A stretch of DNA of 63,736 nucleotides, counting the filler, from Candidatus Fermentibacterota bacterium (GTDB lineage Bacteria > JAFGKV01), in assembly GCA_016928395.1 (NCBI GenBank). It is 10 parts of 10 records of this genome, joined end to end, with 100 filler letters (N's around TTAATTAATTAA, not from the genome) between each part and the next. Parts side by side here need not be neighbours in the genome. Positions count along the whole stretch, not along the records: positions 9,608 to 24,469 come from JAFGKV010000304.1; positions 24,570 to 38,540 come from JAFGKV010000306.1; 8 more parts are not named here. The stretch is one strand, 5' to 3'. Numbering within the stretch: position 1 is the stretch's first letter; every line of letters begins with the position of its first letter. A program made the position numbers and the translations under genes. The notes beneath the pieces were generated by a model that did not search any database, was not told the DNA's origin, and was given only the letters and a program-made list of their open reading frames with translations. Shown one piece after another: positions 23,397 to 32,830 of this stretch.

Positions 23397-24011
23397 TCAC
23401 GACCCGAGAATCATCAGGAAGCTGTTCCTGGCGCCGGGGACGGCACCCCGGAGCAGGATCAGGTTCCGGTCGCTGTCAATCCGGACCACCTGAAGGTTCC
23501 GAACCGTCACGGGGGAATTCCCCATACGGCCCGGCATCTTCCGTCCCTTGAACGTTCGGCCCGGTGTGGTGTTTGACCCCATTGAGCCAACTGCCCGATG
23601 GCTCTTGCAGCCATGGGCATCGTCGCCGCCTGAAAAGCCCCACCGCTTGGTGCCGCCGGCGAAGCCGCGTCCCTTGGAGCGACCCCTCACCTTGACCAGG
23701 TCGCCGGGACGAAAAGAGTCAACCGTTAGGGTCATCCCTGGCGCCGCCTCGTCATCGGGCCCGACTCGGATCTCCCCAACGACCTGGCCCGGCGCCACAT
23801 TGGCCTTCCGGAAATGGCCCTTTGCCGGGAGGTTGGGGTGCTTCTTCTGGCCGAAGGAGAGCTGCACGGCGTCATAGCCGTCGCGATCACGCACCTTGCG
23901 CTGCACCACAGTACATGGCCCCGCCTGAACCACCGTGACGGGAGTCATACTCCCGTCCTCAGCAAAGGTGCGGGTCATGCCGATCTTGCGGCCTATCAAT
24001 GCCTTCATCAT
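23397..24011 (-). CDS. rplC: 50S ribosomal protein L3
   Basis: GRKIGMT, DGYDAVQL, SKGRGFAG, KGRKMPGRMG, GAVPG. Confidence 0.97.
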   Translation of the reverse strand: MMKALIGRKIGMTRTFAEDGSMTPVTVVQAGPCTVVQRKVRDRDGYDAVQLSFGQKKHPNLPAKGHFRKANVAPGQVVGEIRVGPDDEAAPGMTLTVDSFRPGDLVKVRGRSKGRGFAGGTKRWGFSGGDDAHGCKSHRAVGSMGSNTTPGRTFKGRKMPGRMGNSPVTVRNLQVVRIDSDRNLILLRGAVPGARNSFLMILGS

Positions 24012-24047
24012 GGTTTCCTCACCTGACAACTCGTAGCGATACGCTCT

Positions 24048-24380
24048 CTATGCCAACTTTATCGAGACATCTACACCAGCGGGTAGATCCAGCTTCATGA
24101 GAGCCTCAACGGTCCTCTGTGATGTGTCGAGGATCTCGATCATGCGCTTATGCACCTTCATCTCGAACTGCTCGCGGGACTTCTTGTCCACATGGGGTGA
24201 TCTCAGAACGGTGTAAACTGACCGCTCAACGGGCAAAGGCACGGGGCCTGATATCCTCGCACCGGTACGCCTGGCCGTCCGCACAATCTCCCGTGCCGAC
24301 TGATCCAACACGCGGTGGTCGTACGCCTTCAGTCGAATCCTCACCCTCTGCTTGCTCTTGCCGTCCTTGCTCTCCATCAT
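24048..24380 (-). CDS. rpsJ: 30S ribosomal protein S10
   Basis: [33 protein letters not shown]. Confidence 0.98.
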   Translation of the reverse strand: MMESKDGKSKQRVRIRLKAYDHRVLDQSAREIVRTARRTGARISGPVPLPVERSVYTVLRSPHVDKKSREQFEMKVHKRMIEILDTSQRTVEALMKLDLPAGVDVSIKLA

Positions 24381-24390
24381 CTCTCCCGTT

Positions 24391-24468
24391 CTACTGGAGG
24401 ATCTTACCGATCACGCCAGCGCCCACCGTACGCCCGCCCTCGCGTATCGCGAACCGTAAACCCTCTTC
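24391..24468 (-). CDS. tuf: Elongation factor Tu, last 25 residues (rest lost in gap)
   Basis: Manual translation [25 protein letters not shown]. Confidence 0.95.
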   Translation of the reverse strand, partial: EEGLRFAIREGGRTVGAGVIGKILQ

Positions 24469-24569
24469 CNNNNNNNNNNNNNNNNNNNNNNNNNNNNNNN
24501 NNNNNNNNNNNNNTTAATTAATTAANNNNNNNNNNNNNNNNNNNNNNNNNNNNNNNNNNNNNNNNNNNN

Positions 24570-24619
24570 GGTCAAGTCAGAACATGGGTAACATTTCAGG
24601 TTCAGGACATAAGTCGCAC
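24570..24619. repeat. IS-end-like repeat, copy 1 (45/50 nt identical to 47793-47842)
   Basis: Internal tandem CAGRACATRRGT units whose reverse complement TGTTACCYATGT resembles IS481-type ends; lies at a contig edge. Confidence 0.55.
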
Positions 24620-24667
24620 GTCTCGAACAGCATCCAACCGTCGGTCGCCGACTGTCCATGAGAACGA

Positions 24668-25432
24668 TCAGGGCGCAATCGCTGGGCCATCGCGTCTCAG
24701 ACAAGGGGCCTCACTCCTCATGATCACGGGCAACTCCCGATCGATGGCCATGCCCTCCTGTGACACGATGCATCCAAAACAGCGAATGTCAACGCCCGCG
24801 GAGGCTGCTGACCGGAGAGCTTCCGCAAAGGGGGGGTCCATGGCAGAATGAGCTGTGAAGCTCCTGGCGTCGCTGCGCTGCACCACGAAGACTACGGCGG
24901 CCCGCTGGCCCCGGGAGGCCAGGTTCGTGAGCTCCTGCACATGACGCGTACCTCGCGTGGTCGGGGCATCGGGGAAGCGAGCCAGGCCATCGTCGGTCCC
25001 GCCTGACGAATCGCCCACCAGCGTCACGCACTTGATCTCTACCCAGAGCTGGCCTTCAGGCCTCGAGAAGAGGAAATCCAACCGGCTCTCGCCGGAGAAG
25101 ACTTCCCGGCGGAGGATCCGGTAGGCGCCGAAGGGCTCTCCCAGCGCATCGCGCCGCCACGCATCCTCGAACAACGCATTGGCCATGTGGGCATTGATGC
25201 ACACCAGCCCCGTGGGGTGTTCCACGAGCTGTAGCGTCGCCCCCGTGCGGCGCGACTGTGGTTGCCGGGCGGGAGCCACGAGGCACCGCACTCCCGGAAG
25301 CAGCAACTCCGCCAGCCGCCCCGAGTTCGGTACGTGCACGGGCACGTCTCTTCCTTCAATCGCCACCACCGCGCGGAATCGGTTGTCGCGCCGCACGAAC
25401 ACTGCGGATGCTACCTCACCGAAGGTGATCAT
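24668..25432 (-). CDS. sfsA: DNA/RNA nuclease SfsA
   Basis: RRDNRF, HVPNSGRLAEL, SRLDF, VEIKCVTL, FPDAPTTRGTRHVQEL. Confidence 0.93.
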   Translation of the reverse strand: MITFGEVASAVFVRRDNRFRAVVAIEGRDVPVHVPNSGRLAELLLPGVRCLVAPARQPQSRRTGATLQLVEHPTGLVCINAHMANALFEDAWRRDALGEPFGAYRILRREVFSGESRLDFLFSRPEGQLWVEIKCVTLVGDSSGGTDDGLARFPDAPTTRGTRHVQELTNLASRGQRAAVVFVVQRSDARSFTAHSAMDPPFAEALRSAASAGVDIRCFGCIVSQEGMAIDRELPVIMRSEAPCLRRDGPAIAP

Positions 25433-25625
25433 GTATCCTACTCCGCAGGGTTCACGGCAGAGCTCAACATCCTCATGGGTGGTGACCAGCCCTCTGTCCA
25501 GCGCCCGCGACGACCAGAGCGAATCTGCTCCGGTAACCGTCGTTCACCCTCGGGTTTCCCTCTCTACCATCCAGGACGAGGAGACTGAGGCCCGCCGAGC
25601 GTGACCGTTCACAGTTCGCCCGGCC

Positions 25626-26369
25626 TCACCCCCGGCACAGCGGTTCGCCGGCGATGGACTCCAGCAGAAGGGCGGCGTGCTGCACCTCGTCCTGGGTGCC
25701 TGATATGCCCAGCCAGACTGATCCTTCGGCACCATAGACCCCGCCTGCTGCCAGCATCCACGCCTCGACATCTGTCAGCAGGCCGATGGCATCGATCTCA
25801 GTGAACACAGACCCCGGCATGGGAAGGAGGCGGGGACCCTCGGCCCCCGGCACATTGGTCCGGGCCGCCAGCTCATGGACATCCTCCAGGATTCGTTTCT
25901 CCAGCCCCACTGGGACGATGAGCTCGACTCTACGGCCGACAACGGCAGGCAACACCGCAAGGATGGTCCCGCCCTTGGGGTGGGCGACCTGGACGGCGGC
26001 ATGGCCCCAGGGGTCAACGGCATTGGCGCCTTTGAGCACCACATCACCCTGCTGCAAGTCATCTGTCACGTCAAACACAGTCAAGCCCTTCTGCCATCTT
26101 CCGTCCTTGATCACCACGTCGCCGAAGAACTCGTGGGCGGGAACCGAGGCCCCGATCCCCGTCGTCACTCCCCGCCGAAAACCCTCCCGGCGGAATCCCT
26201 CTCCTTGGCCGATGCTTGAGAGGATTTCCTCGGCCACATAGCCGTTGGTGGTGCCGGCAATGATGGCCAGCGTTCCCCTATCCAGGACGCGCTCGATGGA
26301 GGGGTGCACGACCATGCCGCGCCCGATGAGGCGTTTCCCCGCAGCCGGGGTGATGATGAACTGCTTCAT
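25626..26369 (-). CDS. Conserved hypothetical protein
   Basis: Globular-looking 247-aa ORF with [33 protein letters not shown]-x-GAEG motifs; GGAG RBS before ATG 26369. Confidence 0.75.
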   Translation of the reverse strand: MKQFIITPAAGKRLIGRGMVVHPSIERVLDRGTLAIIAGTTNGYVAEEILSSIGQGEGFRREGFRRGVTTGIGASVPAHEFFGDVVIKDGRWQKGLTVFDVTDDLQQGDVVLKGANAVDPWGHAAVQVAHPKGGTILAVLPAVVGRRVELIVPVGLEKRILEDVHELAARTNVPGAEGPRLLPMPGSVFTEIDAIGLLTDVEAWMLAAGGVYGAEGSVWLGISGTQDEVQHAALLLESIAGEPLCRG

Positions 26370-26709
26370 GGGAGATCTCCTTGTTTCCCGTGCCTGTGCA
26401 TAATCTCTAGTGCCTGTCTCCGTCGAAAGGTGTCGGGCTGCCGGGTCAAGATACTTCGTGGCGGCCTTCGTGCCACATCCCACCCCTCCTCGCGCCCGTG
26501 ACGTGCGGAATGCACTACTCCTCGCTTCGCGCCGGCTTGCCCTCGCAGCCAAGGGAGGGCGGAGGTGAAGCCAGCCTGGGTGTCAGCACCTCTGTCTGGT
26601 TCCGGAACGAGACTTGCGTAAGATACCCCTGTGCCGTAGTGTGTCAGGTGTGACATGTGTCGCGTGTGTAGATCATCCCCGAGGGATCGCAACCCGAGGA
26701 GTAATCCCG

Positions 26710-28146
26710 ATGTCGAGACTACAGCTTCCGTGGACCGCGGTGCTTCTGGCGGTGATCTTCATTGTTTCAACGGAGGCAGCGCCCGTGGCCGTGGAAACGG
26801 CTCGACAGGTGGCGGAGAATTGGTATGCCGAACGCGGGCACTTCGATGACGGATCGGTGCGGGTGACCGGCGAAGTGGTCTTCATCCGCGATGGCGCCGA
26901 GCTCTTTCGCGCAATCAACATGGAGCCGGTGGGCTTCGTTCTTGTCGCCTCCGATGATGCCGTCATACCCATTCTGGGCTACGGATTCGACCATCACTTC
27001 TCCGATCTGGATCACCCGCCTCAATTCGACGCCATGCTGGCGAGCTTCGAGGAACAGATTCTCTTCGCGAAAGCCCAAAGCCTGTGGTCCGACGAGTCGA
27101 CTCGCCGGGAGTGGCAGCGGCTCAAGGTGCCTCCCGCCGAATTCGATCGGATCGAAGAGACCCGCGCCATGGCCCCCCTGATGGTTTCCCTCTGGAATCA
27201 GGGCTGGTCATGGAACCAGTTTTGCCCCGCCGATGCCAATGGGCCCGGCGGCCATGTGTACGCGGGGTGTGGAGCCGTATCCATGGCTCAGGTCATGCGC
27301 TACTGGAATCATCCGGCCCAGGGCCTGGGGCAGCACAGCTATTACGCGGGTTCCTACGGAAATCAGAGCGCCAACTTCGGCGCGACAACGTATGACTGGG
27401 CCTCCATGTCAAACACCAGCGCGACCAATGCGGCCAGGACCCTCCTCTATCACTGCGGCGTCGCGGTCGACATGCAGTATGGCCCCAACGGTTCGGGCTG
27501 CTATGCCAGCGATCTGGTGCCCGCCATGGAGAACTACTTCCGGTTCAACACCCAGGCGACGTTCAAATGGAAGAGCTCCTATTCCTCATCGGCATGGGAA
27601 AGCATGATCCGTGCGGAACTGGATGCGGGCCGGCCGATGATGTATGTCGGATCCGGCACGGGAGGGCATGCCTTCAATCTGGATGGCTACCAGGGCACGA
27701 ACTACTTTCACTTCAACTGGGGGTGGTCGGGCTCCTACAATGGCTACTACTATCTGAATGATCTCACGCCCGGGAGCTACAACTTCACGGATGGTCAAGG
27801 CGGATCATTCAACCTGTTTCCCAACAACTCTCTGGATTCGACGCCACCGGGCGCCATAACCAACCTGGCCGCCGCGAAAGACGGCGTCGACGTGGTGCTG
27901 ACCTGGGCGTCGGCCACCGACAATGTGGGCGTGGTCGGCTACTGGGTCTACGGGAGCACGTCGTCGTACGGCCCGCTTACTCCGCTGCGCTGGATCGTCG
28001 CGGGAGGCGCCTTGACCTACACCGCCTCAGGCGCCTGCGGCGACCCCAACACCGTCAATGTGTTCGCGGTTCGCGCCATGGATGCGGCCCAGAACCAAAG
28101 CGCGCCCTCGAACCGCGCGGGGGAGTTCGACTACAGCCTGCCGTAG
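26710..28146 (+). CDS. Secreted C10-family (streptopain-like) cysteine peptidase with Spi/I69-like prodomain and C-terminal FN3-like domain
   Basis: Signal peptide; prodomain GFVLVASDD..PILGY; catalytic AGCGAVSMAQ and GHAFNLDGY, HFNWGWSG. Confidence 0.93.
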   Translation: MSRLQLPWTAVLLAVIFIVSTEAAPVAVETARQVAENWYAERGHFDDGSVRVTGEVVFIRDGAELFRAINMEPVGFVLVASDDAVIPILGYGFDHHFSDLDHPPQFDAMLASFEEQILFAKAQSLWSDESTRREWQRLKVPPAEFDRIEETRAMAPLMVSLWNQGWSWNQFCPADANGPGGHVYAGCGAVSMAQVMRYWNHPAQGLGQHSYYAGSYGNQSANFGATTYDWASMSNTSATNAARTLLYHCGVAVDMQYGPNGSGCYASDLVPAMENYFRFNTQATFKWKSSYSSSAWESMIRAELDAGRPMMYVGSGTGGHAFNLDGYQGTNYFHFNWGWSGSYNGYYYLNDLTPGSYNFTDGQGGSFNLFPNNSLDSTPPGAITNLAAAKDGVDVVLTWASATDNVGVVGYWVYGSTSSYGPLTPLRWIVAGGALTYTASGACGDPNTVNVFAVRAMDAAQNQSAPSNRAGEFDYSLP

Positions 28147-28327
28147 CGCACCGCATCGTTGCCGCCTCGCTGACGCCTGTCTGCACCGGTCGGAGCGGCC
28201 GTCCCGAAGTGGTGTAAACGTCGGGTGAGCGGGGCGACCTGCTGGCTGGTCTTCTCGCCTCGGGGTGCAACGGCACTCCCACGCAGTCGAGCTACGCATG
28301 GCGCGGAGCCCGTTCCCCCGCCCAGGA

Positions 28328-29227
28328 CTAATCGTTCGCCGAGAGGAGCATGCCGCAGTTAGAGCCGATCTGGTTTTCCTCCAGTTCTCCGATGCTTACC
28401 AGCGTCTCAAAGCCCGCGCGTCGGAATCCCTCGGCCACCTCGGTGCACGCGATATGGTCGCAGGGTTCGATGAGCCCGGTGAGGCCGGCGTCCCTGGCGG
28501 CGCGGGTCGGATTGATGGGGGTAAGCTTGATGAGAAAATGGCGGGGCGAAAACATCCGGGCCACGGCGCCGGGATCCAGCGGGAGGCCGCGGGCAGGCGC
28601 GAAGTTGAGCGTCACTTTCCGGTCGCCGTTCTCCGTGAACCGCCCGCCGTAGTCGGCAATCTGGGCGAAGCTCCACGTGCGAACCGGTACAAGCCGGCGG
28701 CGCACGGCCTCGTCGGTGGTGTGGATCGAGAACTGAAGCTGGAACCTCCCGTCGCCGAACCTCTGGCGCTTGATGCGCAGAAGCCGCTCGAAGAAGCCGT
28801 CGCGCCCCGCGGGTGCGATGGTCGAAACGCTGGGAAAGAACCCCGGCAGGTCGGGTCGCTCATCCAGGGTCTCCAGCGCATCCAGCACCGCGTCGTTGAG
28901 CGCCGGCTCACCCACCCGGGCACACTGCACCTTGAGCCGCCGCACCGGCACGACGTCACCGAGGCGGAACCGTGCGGCAATCAGAGTGTCAACCTGGGCA
29001 ACGATTTCCCCTGCAGTGAGCTTCCCCCGGTACCGGCCGCCCGCATCGCAGATGGCGCAGCGCACTGGGCAGCCCTTCAGCGTGGATATGATGAGTACCC
29101 ACTTCTGGGCCCGGGGAACGGGCGGCTGTACCGATTCCACCATTTCCACCAGTTCGCCATCGCTCAGGCGGCCGACAAAGACCCGCGCCAGGTCATTGGG
29201 TGGCGTGCTGGACACTATCTCGAGCAT
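28328..29227 (-). CDS. RlmN/Cfr-like radical SAM protein (short, divergent)
   Basis: GCPVRCAIC cluster motif, LTAGEIVAQV, RVGEP, LQFSIH, C-terminal IGSNCG. Confidence 0.85.
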   Translation of the reverse strand: MLEIVSSTPPNDLARVFVGRLSDGELVEMVESVQPPVPRAQKWVLIISTLKGCPVRCAICDAGGRYRGKLTAGEIVAQVDTLIAARFRLGDVVPVRRLKVQCARVGEPALNDAVLDALETLDERPDLPGFFPSVSTIAPAGRDGFFERLLRIKRQRFGDGRFQLQFSIHTTDEAVRRRLVPVRTWSFAQIADYGGRFTENGDRKVTLNFAPARGLPLDPGAVARMFSPRHFLIKLTPINPTRAARDAGLTGLIEPCDHIACTEVAEGFRRAGFETLVSIGELEENQIGSNCGMLLSAND

Positions 29228-29246
29228 GAATCACCCTCAGGGGCTG

Positions 29247-30140
29247 TCACGTGATCGTAGCCACGGCACGCGTGGCTGCCGCCACGCCGTCTCCGAGGGC
29301 CATGGCCAGTTGCCCCAGGCCCCCGTGCCGGGCATCGCCGGCAATGAACAATGGCGCGCCGGGGAAGGGTAGGATCTCGGTGGTGCGCGCGCTGCCGAAA
29401 TCGAGATCGAGCAGGTCCGGCACCCGTGAGACACGCCCGATGGCAATCAGGATGCCCTCGGCCCTGAGACAGGCCTCTCCCTCAGGCGTATCCACCTCAA
29501 GCGTCGCCGATGCGGGGCCTTCCGCGTAGGTGCGGGGCGTGGTCTTGGCGCACACGGTGATGGCCGGCGTCCCGGCCACGGCATCCACAAGCCTCCGGCA
29601 GGCTCTCGGCGACCCGCTCCGCATGACCACCGTAACCGAAGCGCCGACAGCCGCAAGGGACAGTGCATAATCACACGCCGCCTCCCCTCCCCCGATCACC
29701 AAGACCGAGTTGGGCCGGGCACCATGCCGCAGCAGATCGCGCACCTCAAAGAAGACGCGGGTAGTGGCCCCGGAGATACCCGGCATATCCAAAGAGAGAG
29801 GGCGGGTTCCCGGTGCCAGGATCACCGCGCCTGCCGCGATCAGTCCCATGGACCCCTCAACGAGAAGTCCGGTCGACGCATGGCCGACGCGTTCCACGAC
29901 CGCCCGTTCGACCGCGAGGTTGAATCGCGCGAGAGACTCCTGGAACCGCCCGGCCATGGCCGGCCCATCGCAGGGCGTGACCCCGGCCAGGTTCTCGATC
30001 CTCCACGCATTGCCGATGAGGCCCCCCGCCTGCCCGTCGCGATCTAGAAGACAGGGGCTTACCCCGAGGCGCTGGCACTGGATTGCGGCGCTCACCCCCG
30101 CGGGGCCGGCACCGATGATCACGATCCGTTCGTGTCTCAT
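29247..30140 (-). CDS. TrxB-fold NAD(P)/FAD-dependent oxidoreductase without CxxC
   Basis: IIGAGPAG, VIGGGEAA, FIAGD motifs. Confidence 0.88.
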   Translation of the reverse strand: MRHERIVIIGAGPAGVSAAIQCQRLGVSPCLLDRDGQAGGLIGNAWRIENLAGVTPCDGPAMAGRFQESLARFNLAVERAVVERVGHASTGLLVEGSMGLIAAGAVILAPGTRPLSLDMPGISGATTRVFFEVRDLLRHGARPNSVLVIGGGEAACDYALSLAAVGASVTVVMRSGSPRACRRLVDAVAGTPAITVCAKTTPRTYAEGPASATLEVDTPEGEACLRAEGILIAIGRVSRVPDLLDLDFGSARTTEILPFPGAPLFIAGDARHGGLGQLAMALGDGVAAATRAVATIT

Positions 30141-30793
30141 CGTGGCAGCACCTCCTCCACGCTGGTCATGACGGCCACGGCGTCGGCCATATTCAGCAGG
30201 GAGCCCATGTGATGCGCCTCCTCGCGAGAAGCTGTGGCATCCACCGGCACATACACTTCAAATCCCCGGCAGAAGGCGCTGCGGGCCGTGGTCTCCACGC
30301 ACATGTGGGTCAAGACCCCGGTGACCAGTACCTGCGTCACTCCGGCCTGCCGGAGGGCATCCTCCAGCCCCGTTCCGAGAAAGGCATCGTACGTGGTCTT
30401 GCGAAACACATACTCCCCGGGGAGCGGTGCCAGTTCGTCGACAATTGCAGCCTCGGGCTCGTCGGCCCGGATGTAGTCGGAGAAGAACCTGCCCAGCATG
30501 CCCAGGTCGTGGGGGCCACGATGGCCGTGCCGGGTGAATGCCACCATTCCCCGTCGATTCCTCCAGCACTCCAGGAGCGCCTCCACCCTGGGGACGATGG
30601 CTCGTCCAGCCGGAAGAAAGCACCGGCCCGCCGGGTGCACGAAGTACGCAAGCATATCGATGATGAGCAGTGCGCATCGGTCGGGATCCAGCACCAAGTG
30701 GGGCCTGGGCGCGACCCGGGCACGGATGGCCGCCAGCCACTGGCCGGCCTGGGCTCCCCGGTCTGTCTCATCCATGTACGACGCCGTTCTCAT
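30137..30793 (-). CDS. Cysteine hydrolase (isochorismatase/nicotinamidase family)
   Basis: Triad Asp (LIIDM), Lys (RKTTYDAF), Cys (THMCVETTARSAF); stop overlaps next start. Confidence 0.9.
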   Translation of the reverse strand: MRTASYMDETDRGAQAGQWLAAIRARVAPRPHLVLDPDRCALLIIDMLAYFVHPAGRCFLPAGRAIVPRVEALLECWRNRRGMVAFTRHGHRGPHDLGMLGRFFSDYIRADEPEAAIVDELAPLPGEYVFRKTTYDAFLGTGLEDALRQAGVTQVLVTGVLTHMCVETTARSAFCRGFEVYVPVDATASREEAHHMGSLLNMADAVAVMTSVEEVLPR

Positions 30794-31042
30794 GATCCTC
30801 CCTCCGTGACCCGCGGCCACGCCTCGTCGGTGTTCGGTCCTCCCTGCGCGCGATACCAGAGGGACTGAAGCTCCTCCGCGCCCGGAACCCAACCGTCACA
30901 GACTCAATGCCTCCAAGTCAATGTGGGAAGAGGATAGATAGCAAGCGGGCCGTCGAGGCTCGGGACATTCGTGCGTCCGGTTTGCCTACGGGAACGCTTC
31001 TGGGTAGTATGCGCTCCCCATCCACGAGGAGTACGCCCCGCC

Positions 31043-32728
31043 ATGTCCGATGAGCGCCCCGCATCCGAACGGTTCGACCTGATTCTCGTGCATCCGCCCT
31101 TTCTGCTGATGGAGGAGACGATTCCGACCTGCCCGATTCCCTGGAATCTGGGGCACGTGGGCTCCACGTCGCATATCGGCAAATATCCTGTCGGACCCAG
31201 TTGGACCCACATGCCCCTGGGCTTCACCACCATGAAGAACCATGTCCACGGTCACTCTGACTTTCGCGTGGATATCCAGAATCTGTCAGTCCTCCGGTAT
31301 GCACCACCCGCGTGGGCTCACCGAAAGTATCGCGAGCAGGCAGTGGGCGACTGGAGTGTGCTCACCGATCTGGCCGAGGCGACCCAGTACGGGCGAACCC
31401 GCGAGATCCTCCGCCGTATGCGGGCGAAAGTGTTCGGGGTCGATCTCCACTGGGTGGTCTATGCCCAGGGGGCCCTGGAGACCCTGCGTCTCATCAAACA
31501 GCTCCATCCTGCCAGCCTCACCGTGATCGGCGGGTTCACCGGCGGCTTCTTCGCCGAAGAAATAGTCCGATCCTATCCATTCGTGGATTTCGTGATCATC
31601 GGTGACGGGTCAGTGCCAATCCTTCGGCTGCTCGAAGAAGTCAACGGCCAACAGCGGTATGCCGATGTGCCCAATCTCGTCTTCCGGGAGAACGGCAGGA
31701 TCGGCCGTGGACAGCGGGTTGTGCTGAACGATGCACCGTTCGTGGAGGGTGATCCCGAGGTCACGGACTCGGTGCCCTTGGGGCGCGGCTGCCCGCTTTC
31801 GTGCATCACGTGCGGCGGCTCCCGGCCCGCCATGCCCACGCTGTCTACCTGGGATGCGCCGATCCCCTATTCCGTGGAATCCATCATGCGCAAACTCATC
31901 GGCGCAACCAGCTCGCCGGGTGAGGGGGTTTTCCTCATTCATGACCCCCTCATCACGCTGGGTCGAGCGACCTGGGAGACGCTGATGCAGGAGATCCGTC
32001 ACAGCGGCATCCCAACAAACTTCCTCATCGAGTTCTTCGCCCCCCATCCCAAAGAGGATATCTACCGGATCGCCCGCATGCTTCCAGGAAGCTTCATTCA
32101 GATCTCCGCGGAATCCATGGATGTGGAAATCCGTTCATTTCATAAAAACCTTCGTTACTCCAACGATGACCTCATCGCCACCATGGACGCCATCCTAGAC
32201 ACGGGAGAGCTTCGCCTGGCCGTCTGGTTTCTGGCGGGCGTGGCAAAAGACAGCAAGGCCTCCGTTGACCATACGCTTCGCTTCATCCGCGAGTACTACC
32301 GCAAGATCGACAATGTCCAGCGCGACCTTCTCATGTACAATGAGATGATGTTTCTCGATCCTGGATCTCTGGCGTTCTGCGAGCCGAAGCGCCACGGCTA
32401 CAGGCTCCTGCACCATACTCTGGCAGACCATGCCGAGGCGTTCGCCCTGCCGTTCTTCAAGCATCACATCGGGTATGAGACGACCACCCTCTTCCGCGAT
32501 GACCTGTTTCATCTGTTCCTCCACATGCACGACGAGATGAACGCGATCTATCGGGATGTGGGTGTACTCAGCCCCGAGCACTACGCCCGCGTGGGTCACT
32601 ACAATGCCTTGCTGCGGGAGTACGAACGCCGGTACGACGCCGCGCTGTCCATGGCGCCCCCCACCCGCATCAAGGAATTTATCGCGCTGGGTACCCGCTT
32701 CCGCGAAGACCTGGGCGCGGCAGTGTAG
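31043..32728 (+). CDS. Cobalamin-binding domain radical SAM protein
   Basis: N-terminal B12-binding-like region (LILVHPP, GVDLHW, VIGGFT, VDFVIIGDG, VPNLVFR) plus GCPLSCITCGGS. Confidence 0.88.
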   Translation: MSDERPASERFDLILVHPPFLLMEETIPTCPIPWNLGHVGSTSHIGKYPVGPSWTHMPLGFTTMKNHVHGHSDFRVDIQNLSVLRYAPPAWAHRKYREQAVGDWSVLTDLAEATQYGRTREILRRMRAKVFGVDLHWVVYAQGALETLRLIKQLHPASLTVIGGFTGGFFAEEIVRSYPFVDFVIIGDGSVPILRLLEEVNGQQRYADVPNLVFRENGRIGRGQRVVLNDAPFVEGDPEVTDSVPLGRGCPLSCITCGGSRPAMPTLSTWDAPIPYSVESIMRKLIGATSSPGEGVFLIHDPLITLGRATWETLMQEIRHSGIPTNFLIEFFAPHPKEDIYRIARMLPGSFIQISAESMDVEIRSFHKNLRYSNDDLIATMDAILDTGELRLAVWFLAGVAKDSKASVDHTLRFIREYYRKIDNVQRDLLMYNEMMFLDPGSLAFCEPKRHGYRLLHHTLADHAEAFALPFFKHHIGYETTTLFRDDLFHLFLHMHDEMNAIYRDVGVLSPEHYARVGHYNALLREYERRYDAALSMAPPTRIKEFIALGTRFREDLGAAV

Positions 32729-32830
32729 CCTCGCGTCGCGAGCAGCCCACGGGGTTGAAGGCAACTCTCACTGGATGATGGAACGAGGGATACGCGGAAT
32801 GCCGGGGCTCGCTCCAGCCGGAGCTCTCAG

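Noticed and set aside
28328-29227. Calling this gene rlmN or the resistance gene cfr
   Set aside because: Lacks the first catalytic Cys, the MGMGEP motif and the N-terminal domain.
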